A stretch of 46,584 nt of DNA. Origin: Bacteroidales bacterium. GTDB lineage: Bacteria > Bacteroidota > Bacteroidia > Bacteroidales > UBA7960. Numbering within the stretch: position 1 is the stretch's first letter; each line of letters begins with the position of its first letter. A program made the position numbers and the translations under genes. A model generated the notes under the pieces. That model searched no databases, had not been told where the DNA came from, and saw nothing but the letters and a program-made list of their open reading frames with translations. The stretch is taken from NCBI GenBank assembly GCA_007129945.1, contig SKUN01000020.1:1-46584 (forward strand), in the 5' to 3' direction. Positions 1 to 9,392 of the stretch are shown here, in pieces.

Positions 1-30
1 AAAAGATTAACCAATACAAAACAAGCACTT

Positions 31-1752
31 ATGAAAAACATTAACTTTAAGCTTTTAGCTGTAGTATTGATTACAGCGGGACTCTTCGCAAGCTGTGGGC
101 TAAACAGGATGGCGAGGAACTATGACGAGGGGATTCGCTATACGCCCGAAACCAACCCACTGGAAAATCATGGGGGACAAGTTGCCGCGAATGTTGACGG
201 ACGGGTTGGTGAAGGCTATTTTCACCGCAATGCTGTGGTGGAACTTACCCCGGTGCTGAAATATCAGGACACCGAAACGGAACTGGAAACTGTCACGCTG
301 CGCGGTAGCAGTACAACTACGACAGGAACCATGGTCAACCGTGACCGGATCACCAACTTCAACATGAATAACGTGGTAGACTACCATCCCGACATGCTTA
401 ACTCAGAGCTTTACATACGCGCGAAACTTTACCGCGAAGGCCGTGAAGACAGGGCAAGGGAACTTCCCGAGAGAAAAGTAGCGGATGGAGTGATCATGAC
501 GTCACAAAGAATCAAAAAGGACCACGAAGGATCACTGGCACCCCATGAGTATGAGGAAGAAGTGATTATTTCCAGGTCTGCGGATATCTATTTTGCTTAC
601 ATGCGTCACAACCTTAACTGGCGCCTTGATCTCAACCGCGCTGACGAAGCTCAGCAAAAAATTGAAGACCTCACAGAATTCATCCTTAGGGGCTGGGAGC
701 TCAAAGCGGTTGACGTAGATGCATGGGCTTCTCCCGAAGGGGAAGTTGCATTTAACCTGGAGCTGTCAGAAGACCGTGCAGAAACCGGTGAAAACTATAT
801 TACCGGGCTTTTTGAGGACAATGAGGTGGAAATGCCCGAACTCAGGGTTGAAGCAAAAGGTGAAGACTTTGATGGTTTTATGGTCAAGCTGGAAGCTTCC
901 AACCTGCCCGACAAGCAGGCGATCGCCAATGTGATCAATTCGCAGATCGCCCCTGCAGAGCGCGAAAGAAGAATTAAGGACATGACGCTGATCTATGAGG
1001 AAATCGAAGAATTACTCGAGCCACTGCGTCGTGCTGAAATTACTGTACATGCCTATGAGCCCAAGCGGACGCACGAAGAGATCTCAGGTCTTGCCCTGAG
1101 CGATCCTTCCCAGCTTGACGAGAAGGAGCTGCTTTTTGCAGCCACACTCACTGACAACCCCCAAACAAAACTGGCCATTTACCGCTCGGCCCAGGAGTTG
1201 TTCCCGAGAAGCCACAAAGGATTCAACAATGCTGCTGTGGTTCTGCTTGAGCAAGGTGATGCAGAACAAGCTGCTGAATACCTGGAAAGAGCCAATCAGC
1301 TTGCCCCGGGCAATGGCCACGTTCAGAATAACATGGGCATCATTGCCGCATGGGAATATGACGATGAAAATGCCATGTCGATGTTCGAAGCAGCCAAGGC
1401 ACAAGGCATTGATGCTGACTACAACATCGGGGTAACCCAGATCAGAAAAGGTGAATACCAGGCTGCCCTGAACTCATTCTCCGGACACACCTGCAAGTTT
1501 AATGTGGCACTGGCCCAACTCATGGCAGGCAATCAGACCCAGGCTGTAAACACCCTGAACTGCGCGCCTGAATGCGCCCAGGTTGCTTACCTGAAAGCAG
1601 TCATTGCTGCAAGAAACAACGATGCCACAGCACTGTATGACAACATGCGCCGGGCCATCGAACTCAACCCTGAGATGGCACAGATCGCCGTCAATGACCT
1701 TGAGTTCCTGGATTTCTTCGGACAAAGTGAGTTCCAGAGCATCGTACTGTAA
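31..1752 (+). CDS. Outer-membrane lipoprotein with OmpA-like segment and C-terminal TPR repeats
   Basis: 573-aa ORF. Lipobox-like LFASC after a hydrophobic signal, OmpA-like 'AWASPEGEVAFNLELSEDRA' segment, TPR-like C-terminal helices (FNNAAVVLLEQGDAEQA...NNMG). Confidence 0.75.
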   Translation: MKNINFKLLAVVLITAGLFASCGLNRMARNYDEGIRYTPETNPLENHGGQVAANVDGRVGEGYFHRNAVVELTPVLKYQDTETELETVTLRGSSTTTTGTMVNRDRITNFNMNNVVDYHPDMLNSELYIRAKLYREGREDRARELPERKVADGVIMTSQRIKKDHEGSLAPHEYEEEVIISRSADIYFAYMRHNLNWRLDLNRADEAQQKIEDLTEFILRGWELKAVDVDAWASPEGEVAFNLELSEDRAETGENYITGLFEDNEVEMPELRVEAKGEDFDGFMVKLEASNLPDKQAIANVINSQIAPAERERRIKDMTLIYEEIEELLEPLRRAEITVHAYEPKRTHEEISGLALSDPSQLDEKELLFAATLTDNPQTKLAIYRSAQELFPRSHKGFNNAAVVLLEQGDAEQAAEYLERANQLAPGNGHVQNNMGIIAAWEYDDENAMSMFEAAKAQGIDADYNIGVTQIRKGEYQAALNSFSGHTCKFNVALAQLMAGNQTQAVNTLNCAPECAQVAYLKAVIAARNNDATALYDNMRRAIELNPEMAQIAVNDLEFLDFFGQSEFQSIVL

Positions 1753-1779
1753 CCACAGGTTTCGAAAAACACAGATCAT

Positions 1780-1814
1780 AAAAAAACGCCCTGGTTCAAG
1801 CCAGGGCGTTTTTT
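1780..1814. terminator. Bidirectional intrinsic terminator
   Basis: AAAAAACGCCCTGG-ttcaag-CCAGGGCGTTTTTT, a perfect stem with A/T tails between convergent genes. Confidence 0.9.
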
Positions 1815-1881
1815 ATTTACAACCAGCGGGGGAGCAACTCCGTTCACCGGTGAATATTCTGAAAACAATCTATCACCACAG

Positions 1882-2520
1882 TCAGGGTAGCGGCCTCACA
1901 GAGCTCATCCCTATGGGGTAATCCCGGTCAATGGCATTCAGTACCATCTCAAGATGGGAAGGATAAGCCACAAAATCAATGGCATTTACATCGAGCACCA
2001 GTATCCGCAACCCTGGTTGCTGCTTCAGGTAATTAAAATAGCTGTCCTGTATCTTTTCCAGGTATTCATCCGGAATCTGCTGTTCATAGGAACGTCCCCT
2101 GGAACGTATGTTCTGCTGCAGCCTGCCGGTAGACACATAAAGGTGTACCAGCAAATCAGGCCGGGGCACATTGGCATTCATTATGTTGAACAGCGTCATG
2201 AACAACTGGTACTCGTCTTCCCCCAGGGTTTTGCGGGCAAAGATCAATGATTTATTCAAAAAGTAATCAGAAATGGTAAAATCAGAAAAAAGGTCCTGTT
2301 CAGACAACTCCCTTTGCAGCTGCTTATACCTTTCGGCGAGAAAGGAAAGTTCCAGGGGAAAGGCATATTTGTCCTGATCCTGGTAGAATTTTTCCAGGAA
2401 AGGATTTTCTTCAAAATGTTCAAGGATCAGTTTTCCGTTATACAGGGATGAAATTTTGCTGGCAAGGGTGGTTTTCCCGGCCCCTATATTCCCTTCAATC
2501 GCAATGTAATTATACCGCAT
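1882..2520 (-). CDS. Deoxynucleoside kinase (dAK/dGK family)
   Basis: IAIEGNIGAGKTT P-loop, ENPFLEKFY and RGRSYE lid motifs. Confidence 0.9.
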   Translation of the reverse strand: MRYNYIAIEGNIGAGKTTLASKISSLYNGKLILEHFEENPFLEKFYQDQDKYAFPLELSFLAERYKQLQRELSEQDLFSDFTISDYFLNKSLIFARKTLGEDEYQLFMTLFNIMNANVPRPDLLVHLYVSTGRLQQNIRSRGRSYEQQIPDEYLEKIQDSYFNYLKQQPGLRILVLDVNAIDFVAYPSHLEMVLNAIDRDYPIGMSSVRPLP

Positions 2521-2539
2521 TTCAATGTGGATTAAATTT

Positions 2540-3055
2540 TCAAAGGGCCGAACCGGTGTCCGGGGGGCCGCTTATTTTAGTTACGCTGGAATTGTCCATG
2601 CAATTTTCCAGCAGTTCTCTCACTGTTTGCTTTAAACGCGGATGCCTCAGCCCCGGATCAATCTCATGGAGGGGGATCAGGGTAAATCGCCTCAGATGCA
2701 AACGAGGGTGAGGGATTGTCAGTTCCGGAGAATCCATTACAAGGTCATCGAAAAAAAGAATATCCAGATCAATAACCCTGGACAACACCTTTCCCGGCTG
2801 TCTTTCCCGGCCCAATTCCTTTTCAATGCCCTGCAAATTCCGGAGCAACTCCAGGGGCGACATCGGGGTTTTTACCAAAACAACCTTATTCAGAAATTCT
2901 GGTTCGTCCGGCCCCATCCCCCAGGGTTCACTTTTATAAAGCGCGCTCTCCCTGACGGTAAAAATCCCTGCTTCCTCCATCATTGAAGAAGCCAGGGAAA
3001 ACGCCCGCTGAACATCTCCCGAATTACCGCCAAATAACAGATATCCCCTGTGCAT
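2540..3055 (-). CDS. folK: 2-amino-4-hydroxy-6-hydroxymethyldihydropteridine pyrophosphokinase
   Basis: SALYKSEPWG, FLN, RVIDLDILFF and LTIPHPRLHLRRF motifs. Start moved to the ATG at 3055 (MHRGYLLFGGN). Confidence 0.92.
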   Translation of the reverse strand: MHRGYLLFGGNSGDVQRAFSLASSMMEEAGIFTVRESALYKSEPWGMGPDEPEFLNKVVLVKTPMSPLELLRNLQGIEKELGRERQPGKVLSRVIDLDILFFDDLVMDSPELTIPHPRLHLRRFTLIPLHEIDPGLRHPRLKQTVRELLENCMDNSSVTKISGPPDTGSAL

Positions 3056-3197
3056 GCCTCTACCGTATAAACCCGGAATAACCCCGGACAAAATTGAATA
3101 AAAAAAACGGCTTATCAAAATTTAGATAATTCCTATCTTTAACCCAATGAATATTTAATACACACCTCCAATTTCAATCCTTTAAAGAGACCAAGCC

Positions 3198-4970
3198 ATG
3201 AAACAATTCTTCAAATTTATGTTCGCCTCCATGCTGGGGTTCTTTCTGACCTTTGTGATTATCCTGTTTTTAATGATCGGGGTCATTGCTTCCATCGCTA
3301 CTTTCTCTTCCAAAGACGATGCACCGGTTCAGTCCGGATCTGTGCTGAAGCTGACGCTCAGCACTGAATTATCGGACCGGGAAGGCCAAAACCCATTTGA
3401 AGCCTTCGATTTTATGACCATGTCACTCCGAAAATCAATCGGGCTCAACGAACTGCTGAAAAATATTGAGAAAGCCAAAGAAGATGAGAACATTGAGGGT
3501 ATTTTCCTGGACCTGACCGTCGTTCCTTCGGGTTGGAGCAGCATCCTTGAAGTAAGGAATGCCCTGAAAGATTTCCGTGAATCAGGAAAATTCATCATCA
3601 GCTACGGTGAAGCCTATATGCAGTCCGCCTACTACCTTGGTTCGGTCGCAGATGAACTGTACCTCCATCCTGAGGGGGCCATTGACTTCAGGGGCATCAA
3701 TTCAGAGCTTGTATTCCTGAAGAATATGCTCGACAAACTGGGCATTGACCCGCAACTGGTACGGCACGGCGAGTACAAAAGTGCCGGGGAGCCCCTTTTC
3801 CGGGAAGATATGAGCCCGGAGAACAGGGAGCAGATCGAATCCTATGTGGGATCCATCTGGAATAACGTGACCGCAGATATTGCGGAGTCACGTGGCTTTT
3901 CCATCAACCACCTGAATATGGTGGCCGATGGATTACTCACAAGGAATGCCCGGATGGCCATGGAGAACGACATGATCGACGGCATTGCCTACAGGGATGA
4001 AATCCTTGAATTGTTGCGTGAAAAAACGAATCTGGAAGAGGATGAGGATGTGAAATTCGTGTCTCTGGAGCGTTACAGGCGCGCTCCCCTGCCACGGCAT
4101 ATGATCACACCACGCAGCAGGGACCGAATTGCCGTGGTCTATGCCAGCGGAGGGATCATTGACGGCAAGGGCGGAGAAAACAGTATCGGATCCATAGATA
4201 TGTCTGCAGCCATCAGGGAAGCCCGGAAAGACGAATCGGTTAAAGCAATTGTATTCCGCATCAACTCTCCGGGTGGAAGTGCCCTGGCCTCGGATGTCAT
4301 ACTCAGGGAGGTTAAACTGGCCGCACAGGAAAAGCCGGTAATTGCCTCCATGGGCGATGTGGCTGCCTCAGGCGGATACTATATAGCCTGTGCAGCAGAT
4401 GAGATCATCGCCCACCCCAATACCATCACCGGGTCGATCGGGGTTTTCGGTATGATCCCCAATATGCAGGAGTTTTTCAATGAAAAGATCGGCCTCACGT
4501 TTGACAACGTGAAAACCAATGAGTTTGCAGATATGGGTTCCCTCACAAGGCCCATGCGACCCGCTGAAAGGCAAATCATTCAGGAAATGATCGGAGAGGT
4601 GTACGACACTTTCATAGGTCATGTGGCTGAGGGTCGCAACATGCCGGAATCTGTGGTGGATGAACTGGGTCGCGGCCGTGTCTGGAGCGGCGCAGAAGCC
4701 AGGCAGCACGGGCTGATCGACGAATTCGGCGGCTTGCGATTTGCCATCGAAAGGGCTGCCTCAATGGCCGAACTTGAAGACTACCACATTGTGGAATACC
4801 CCAAGCGAAAGGATTTTCTGACCCGGATCATGGAAGATTTCGGCGGGATTGAGGAACGCATTATCCAGCGCAGGTTGGGAGACAACTACCGGTATTACAG
4901 GCAAATCAACGATGCCAGTCAAATGACCGGGATCCTGACCAGGATGCCTTACGACATTTATCTGGACTGA
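3198..4970 (+). CDS. sppA: Signal peptide peptidase SppA, 67K type (protease IV)
   Basis: 590 aa, N-terminal TM segment, RINSPGGSALASD, SMGDVAASGGYYIA, TGSIGV and GRVWSG motifs. Confidence 0.95.
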   Translation: MKQFFKFMFASMLGFFLTFVIILFLMIGVIASIATFSSKDDAPVQSGSVLKLTLSTELSDREGQNPFEAFDFMTMSLRKSIGLNELLKNIEKAKEDENIEGIFLDLTVVPSGWSSILEVRNALKDFRESGKFIISYGEAYMQSAYYLGSVADELYLHPEGAIDFRGINSELVFLKNMLDKLGIDPQLVRHGEYKSAGEPLFREDMSPENREQIESYVGSIWNNVTADIAESRGFSINHLNMVADGLLTRNARMAMENDMIDGIAYRDEILELLREKTNLEEDEDVKFVSLERYRRAPLPRHMITPRSRDRIAVVYASGGIIDGKGGENSIGSIDMSAAIREARKDESVKAIVFRINSPGGSALASDVILREVKLAAQEKPVIASMGDVAASGGYYIACAADEIIAHPNTITGSIGVFGMIPNMQEFFNEKIGLTFDNVKTNEFADMGSLTRPMRPAERQIIQEMIGEVYDTFIGHVAEGRNMPESVVDELGRGRVWSGAEARQHGLIDEFGGLRFAIERAASMAELEDYHIVEYPKRKDFLTRIMEDFGGIEERIIQRRLGDNYRYYRQINDASQMTGILTRMPYDIYLD

Positions 4971-4979
4971 GCATGAAGG

Positions 4980-6422
4980 CTATTCATTAAGCCGGTGCAG
5001 CTCTATGTCCGGCCTTCCCCACATCAGGAAGATCGCATTGGCGATATCGGTGTTTTGCAGAAAAGGGCCCCTTACGGGGTCTTTTTCATTGGCAAAAGAG
5101 GCAAAAATCTCTGTACCGGGGCCTTTGGCATAAAAAGGCACAAGCATATTGGTGTGGCTTCCGTAGTTCCATTGAACCTCCGGCATGTTGCCCTGCCCGT
5201 TGTTTACAACCGGATCATTGACCGGTTCCGGATGGTTCGGCCCGGTCAGGTAACCGGTTTCATGGTCGCTGGTCACGATGATCAGGGTCTCATCCCAGCT
5301 GCTGTTTTCCTCTACCCATTCCACAGCGGCTTCAACGGAGTGATTGAAGTCTGTCATCTCCTCAATCAGGCGACCCAGGTGATTGTCGTGCCCGGCCCAG
5401 TCAATTGCTCCGCCCTCTACCATCAGAAAAAAGCCTTCATCATTCTGACTCAGCACATTGATGGAAGCCCGCGTCATCTCTTCCAGGGTCGGCACGTTTT
5501 CATTGAACGGTTGTGCAAAGGGCATCTCTTCTTCCTCTCCTGACCGTCCGTAATTCAGGGTTGAATACACCTTTGGAACACCAAGCACACGCTTGGGGGC
5601 TGATCCGGAGGCAAGGGCCTGAAAATCTTCCCTGTTTTCAATCAGGGTCCACGGGTCACGCTGGCCGTCTCCGTCCACATCCTGTAAGTAAAGCTGTTGT
5701 GTATCATTGGAAAAATCGGTGCGCCCATCATTGGCTGCAAGCTGCTCCCATATCTCATCACTGCCGATATAACGGGCTGACATATCCTCCGGCCGCCCGT
5801 CATTGTTGTAATAGGGGTGACCTGCCCCCATCAGTACATCCAGCCGTGTGTGGAAAAGCATATACTTCCCGATCTCCTCATAATTATGTCTTGCCTCATT
5901 GTGGGCCACAAACCCTGCCGGAGTGGCATGACTCAGAGGCACGCTGACAGCGATCCCCTTGGATTTCCCAAGGGCCTTTGCGGCCTGACTGATATGGGTC
6001 AGGGTATCTCCGTACAACCCGATGCCGATGGATCCGCCAAAGGTCTTCATACCTGTAGACAGTGCTGTGGCTGCAGCCCCGCTGTCGGTGTAATCCGAAG
6101 AAAGATAAGCATCAACTTCCCAGGCGGTGCGTGGGGCATAACCGTTCATAAAAACTGTATCGCCGTTACGGATATCTGCGGCCATATAAGTGGCTTGCGC
6201 CAGCTGAAGCCAGTCATCCTGCTCGTAAACCTGGGCACCGGCTTCCCCGTGCTGGTAATAATTGGCGGACAGCACAGAATTATAGCTCATTCCATCACCT
6301 ACAAAGTATATGATATTTTTGGGATTCGGCAAAGACTCTTCCTGCACATCCGCCTGGCATGACATCAAAAAGCCGGAAGAGATCAATAAAAACATATAAG
6401 ATAAAAACCTCGTCTTTTTCAT
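4980..6422 (-). CDS. phoA: Alkaline phosphatase (PhoA family), probable lipoprotein
   Basis: NIIYFVGDGM, TDSGAAATA (catalytic Ser), HATPA, MVEGGAIDWAGH and TSDHETG motifs. Lipobox-like LMSC. Confidence 0.9.
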   Translation of the reverse strand: MKKTRFLSYMFLLISSGFLMSCQADVQEESLPNPKNIIYFVGDGMSYNSVLSANYYQHGEAGAQVYEQDDWLQLAQATYMAADIRNGDTVFMNGYAPRTAWEVDAYLSSDYTDSGAAATALSTGMKTFGGSIGIGLYGDTLTHISQAAKALGKSKGIAVSVPLSHATPAGFVAHNEARHNYEEIGKYMLFHTRLDVLMGAGHPYYNNDGRPEDMSARYIGSDEIWEQLAANDGRTDFSNDTQQLYLQDVDGDGQRDPWTLIENREDFQALASGSAPKRVLGVPKVYSTLNYGRSGEEEEMPFAQPFNENVPTLEEMTRASINVLSQNDEGFFLMVEGGAIDWAGHDNHLGRLIEEMTDFNHSVEAAVEWVEENSSWDETLIIVTSDHETGYLTGPNHPEPVNDPVVNNGQGNMPEVQWNYGSHTNMLVPFYAKGPGTEIFASFANEKDPVRGPFLQNTDIANAIFLMWGRPDIELHRLNE

Positions 6423-6456
6423 CCTGAAACAAATTTAAATTTAAACAAATGCATTG

Positions 6457-6464
6457 CAAAAGTA
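6457..6464 (-). promoter_or_regulatory. Bacteroidota sigma-A -7 element (TACTTTTG) for the alkaline phosphatase gene
   Basis: Reverse complement of CAAAAGTA matches TAnnTTTG, ~35 nt upstream of the start codon. Confidence 0.55.
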
Positions 6465-6586
6465 CCTGTTAATACAACATTGCCTGAAGCAAAAAGTTTG
6501 TCGGTTATTTCATACAAACAAAACAGGTTGACCCCGGTACCGTGTCAGTTGGCCCCGTTACCCAGTCAACGCTACTTTAGCCGCCA

Positions 6587-7645
6587 CTAAGCAATAAACC
6601 GCACAGCAGAAGCCTTAAAGGTGATCCAGATGGATTTTCCGGGTCGGAGGCCCATTTTTTCGACAGACTGCCTGCTCACCGACACGACAAACTCCGCCCC
6701 GGCTTCCACCACCACTTCCATACCGGCCCCGGAAAGATAGACTTCCCTGATAAGCCCCCGGTAACTGTTCACGGCGGAGGTCTCGAGGGGTGATTCCGAA
6801 ATGATGATGTCTTCCTGGGGAATCATCACATATCCCACATTTTTCCCGTTATCCGACAGGAACCCGATGGAAAGCTCACTGCCGACAATTGCATGATGCA
6901 TCCCGTTCTGTTCTTTGCTTTGCTCAACCCGGCATCGGAATAAGTTTTTAATGCCACTGAATCGTGCCACAAATTCCGTTTTCGGATGCCTGAAAACCTG
7001 GTCAGGTGTTCCGAACTGAACCAGTCTCCCCTTTTCAATCACTGCCACCTTATTGGCCAGGGTGGCGGCCTCCATATAATCATGCGTCACATGGATCACC
7101 ATTTTCCCCTGCTCATGAATCCGCCGCAGGAGGGCACGCAACCCCGTCTTTAATTTTACATCCAGGTTCGCCAAAGGCTCGTCAAGCAACAACACGTCAG
7201 GATCGGAAGCCAGGGTCCGGGCAAGTGCCACCCGCTGACCCTCCCCGCCTGACAAGGTTCCCGGATAACGGTCCAGCAGATGTTCCACGCCGGTTTCCCG
7301 GGCCAGTTGCCTGACCTTTTCCTGCAACTCCTGCTTTGTATATTTTTTGTTGCGTAACGGATAGGCTATGTTGGCGGCCACCTTCAGGTGAGGGAAAAGG
7401 GACAGGTCCTGATACACCAGGCCGATCCGCCTGTGCTGGATCTTCCTGGAGGTGATATTCTCCCCGTTCAGAAGGATTTCCCCGCCGGCCGGTTTCAGCA
7501 ATCCTGCCAGCACCTCCAGCAACACCGTTTTCCCGGCACCCGAAACCCCAAGCAATGCGAGGTAATCGTTTTTTCCCAGCTCAAGGTTCACTCCCTCCAG
7601 CACAAACGAATCAAGACGTACACTTATGTTTTTTAGTTCCAGCAT
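6587..7645 (-). CDS. wtpC: Tungstate/molybdate ABC transporter ATP-binding subunit with C-terminal TOBE domain (WtpC/ModC-like)
   Basis: GVSGAGKT Walker A, LSGGEGQR signature, LLLDEP Walker B, HVTHD; TOBE-like tail (TSAVNSYRGLI...GLRPGKSIWITFKASAV). Adjacent to Moco genes. Confidence 0.75.
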   Translation of the reverse strand: MLELKNISVRLDSFVLEGVNLELGKNDYLALLGVSGAGKTVLLEVLAGLLKPAGGEILLNGENITSRKIQHRRIGLVYQDLSLFPHLKVAANIAYPLRNKKYTKQELQEKVRQLARETGVEHLLDRYPGTLSGGEGQRVALARTLASDPDVLLLDEPLANLDVKLKTGLRALLRRIHEQGKMVIHVTHDYMEAATLANKVAVIEKGRLVQFGTPDQVFRHPKTEFVARFSGIKNLFRCRVEQSKEQNGMHHAIVGSELSIGFLSDNGKNVGYVMIPQEDIIISESPLETSAVNSYRGLIREVYLSGAGMEVVVEAGAEFVVSVSRQSVEKMGLRPGKSIWITFKASAVRFIA

Positions 7646-7681
7646 GAACCGGTATGTAATTGCGAATTTTTCCTCTTCAGT

Positions 7682-8476
7682 TTATCTTTGTTTCATTCCT
7701 TTGCTTGAGGCCCCTGCCAGCAGGCGCATCCCTGTGAATATAATCAGGCATACCACGACAAAAACAGCTGCAACCGGCCTGGCATAGGCCAGCCCGAATG
7801 AGGCAAACCGCTCCCAGATCAATACCGGAGTTACCATAGGGTGATAGGCGATGATCACCACAGCGCCGAATTCACTCAGTCCCCTGGCCCACATCATGGT
7901 AAGCCCTGTCAGGACCTGGCGCCTGGCCAGTGGAAGCGAAATGGTAAAAAACACCCGCCAGGGGGAGGCCCCCAGATTCAGGGCCGCTTTTTCCAGTTTC
8001 TCCGGAACGGCTTCAAAACCATCCCGTGCGGCATTGATCAGAAAAGGGATACTTACAAAAGCCATGGCTACAATAATGCCGGCTACCCCCCCCACAAACT
8101 GTATCCCGACAGCTTCCCCGGCCTGACCGACCAGGGTGCCGCGACTGACAATCCCCAGGATGGCGATTCCTGCAGCAGAATGAGGGATTACTACAGGTAG
8201 GTCGATCAAACCGTTAACAAATCCTTTCCCGGGAAAGGATTTTCGCGCCAGCACATAAGCAAGGGGTATGGCCGCAATGCCAAATATCATTACACCTGCC
8301 AGTGATGCCAGCAATGTAAGCCGGATGCTTTCCCTCACCTGGGAATCAGCCAGGGTTTCCAGGTACTGAGATCCGGAAGTCTGCAGAAACATCCCGGCCA
8401 ATGGAGCCACAATGAACAGTAGTATAAACCCGCTCAGGAATAAAAAAACCAGGCCTGTTTTCCAGTTTTTCAGCAT
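7682..8476 (-). CDS. wtpB: Tungstate/molybdate ABC transporter permease (WtpB/ModB-like)
   Basis: IDLPVVIPHSAAGIA, EAA-like LEKAALNLGASPWRVFFTISLP and WARGLSEFGAV motifs. Start taken at ATG 8476. Confidence 0.75.
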   Translation of the reverse strand: MLKNWKTGLVFLFLSGFILLFIVAPLAGMFLQTSGSQYLETLADSQVRESIRLTLLASLAGVMIFGIAAIPLAYVLARKSFPGKGFVNGLIDLPVVIPHSAAGIAILGIVSRGTLVGQAGEAVGIQFVGGVAGIIVAMAFVSIPFLINAARDGFEAVPEKLEKAALNLGASPWRVFFTISLPLARRQVLTGLTMMWARGLSEFGAVVIIAYHPMVTPVLIWERFASFGLAYARPVAAVFVVVCLIIFTGMRLLAGASSKGMKQR

Positions 8477-8651
8477 AGTCCCCGTTATAATATTAACAAC
8501 CTGCTGCACTTTTAAGCGTGTAAAGTACAAACTTACCGAATATTTTCCTTCAGGCGGAAATATGCCGCCGGCAAATTGCCTGTGGCCGTGAAAGGCAATT
8601 GGTATACGGGTTTTTTGTAACTTCGTACGTTCAAAACCAGGAGGAAGAAAT

Positions 8652-9344
8652 ATGACGAATTTGTCGGAGCGCTATATCCGCAATGAACAGATGCTCAGTG
8701 CAGAAGAAAACAAGAAGCTGAGGGATTTCAACATCGCGGTGGTGGGTTGCGGAGGACTCGGCGGGCACATAATTGAAATGCTTGCCCGGTTAGGAATTGG
8801 CCGCTTGACCCTTATTGACGGGGATGTGTTTGAACCATCCAACCTGAACCGGCAGTTGCTGGCCACCCCTGACAATATGGGGCAACCCAAGGCGAAAGAA
8901 GCAGAAAAAAGGGTAAGGCTGATCAACCCGGATGTTCGTGTGGTATCAAAGCAGACAAGGCTTGATACGAATAATGCGGAAGAATTACTTCAGGGCCACG
9001 ATCTGATTTGCGATGCCCTGGACAACATCCCCACCCGCCTTATTATCGAGGGCACTGCAGCAAAATTGAAGATTCCGATGGTGTTCGGTGCCATTGCCGG
9101 CTGGTACGCCCAGATCGGAAGTATTATGCCGGGTGATCGCCTCCTGGAAAAGCTTTACCTGGACAGTGAAGTGGAAAAGGGGTCAGAAGTTCATTTGGGA
9201 AATCCCTCATTCACACCAGCCCTGGCAGCATCTTTGCAGGTAGCTGAGGTAGTCAAGATACTGCTCGGCAAAAAGGGTGTATTGCAAAACAAGCTGCTGA
9301 TGATCGACACCCTGAAGCATGAATACCATGTGATCGACATGTAA
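8652..9344 (+). CDS. moeB: MoeB/ThiF/HesA family E1-like adenylyltransferase
   Basis: ERYIRN, VVGCGGLG, IDGDVFEPSNLNRQ and DALDN motifs. First gene of the Moco operon. Confidence 0.8.
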   Translation: MTNLSERYIRNEQMLSAEENKKLRDFNIAVVGCGGLGGHIIEMLARLGIGRLTLIDGDVFEPSNLNRQLLATPDNMGQPKAKEAEKRVRLINPDVRVVSKQTRLDTNNAEELLQGHDLICDALDNIPTRLIIEGTAAKLKIPMVFGAIAGWYAQIGSIMPGDRLLEKLYLDSEVEKGSEVHLGNPSFTPALAASLQVAEVVKILLGKKGVLQNKLLMIDTLKHEYHVIDM

Positions 9345-9392
9345 ATGTGGTTGATTTACAAAACCGCCATTGACAACAAAGACACAAACACA

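Noticed and set aside
1882-3055. Frameshifted folK-deoxynucleoside kinase fusion
   Set aside because: Both ORFs are complete, with their own start and stop, 19 nt apart, and there is no evident slippery site.
8477-8651. Moco/Wco riboswitch or ModE box in the wtpB-moeB spacer
   Set aside because: There is a stem AATTGCCT...AGGCAATT (8574-8600) and an AT-rich imperfect palindrome near 8483-8498. I cannot match the multi-stem Moco RNA or the ModE consensus by eye, and the stem lies upstream of the likely moeB -7 box. An Rfam covariance search would settle it.
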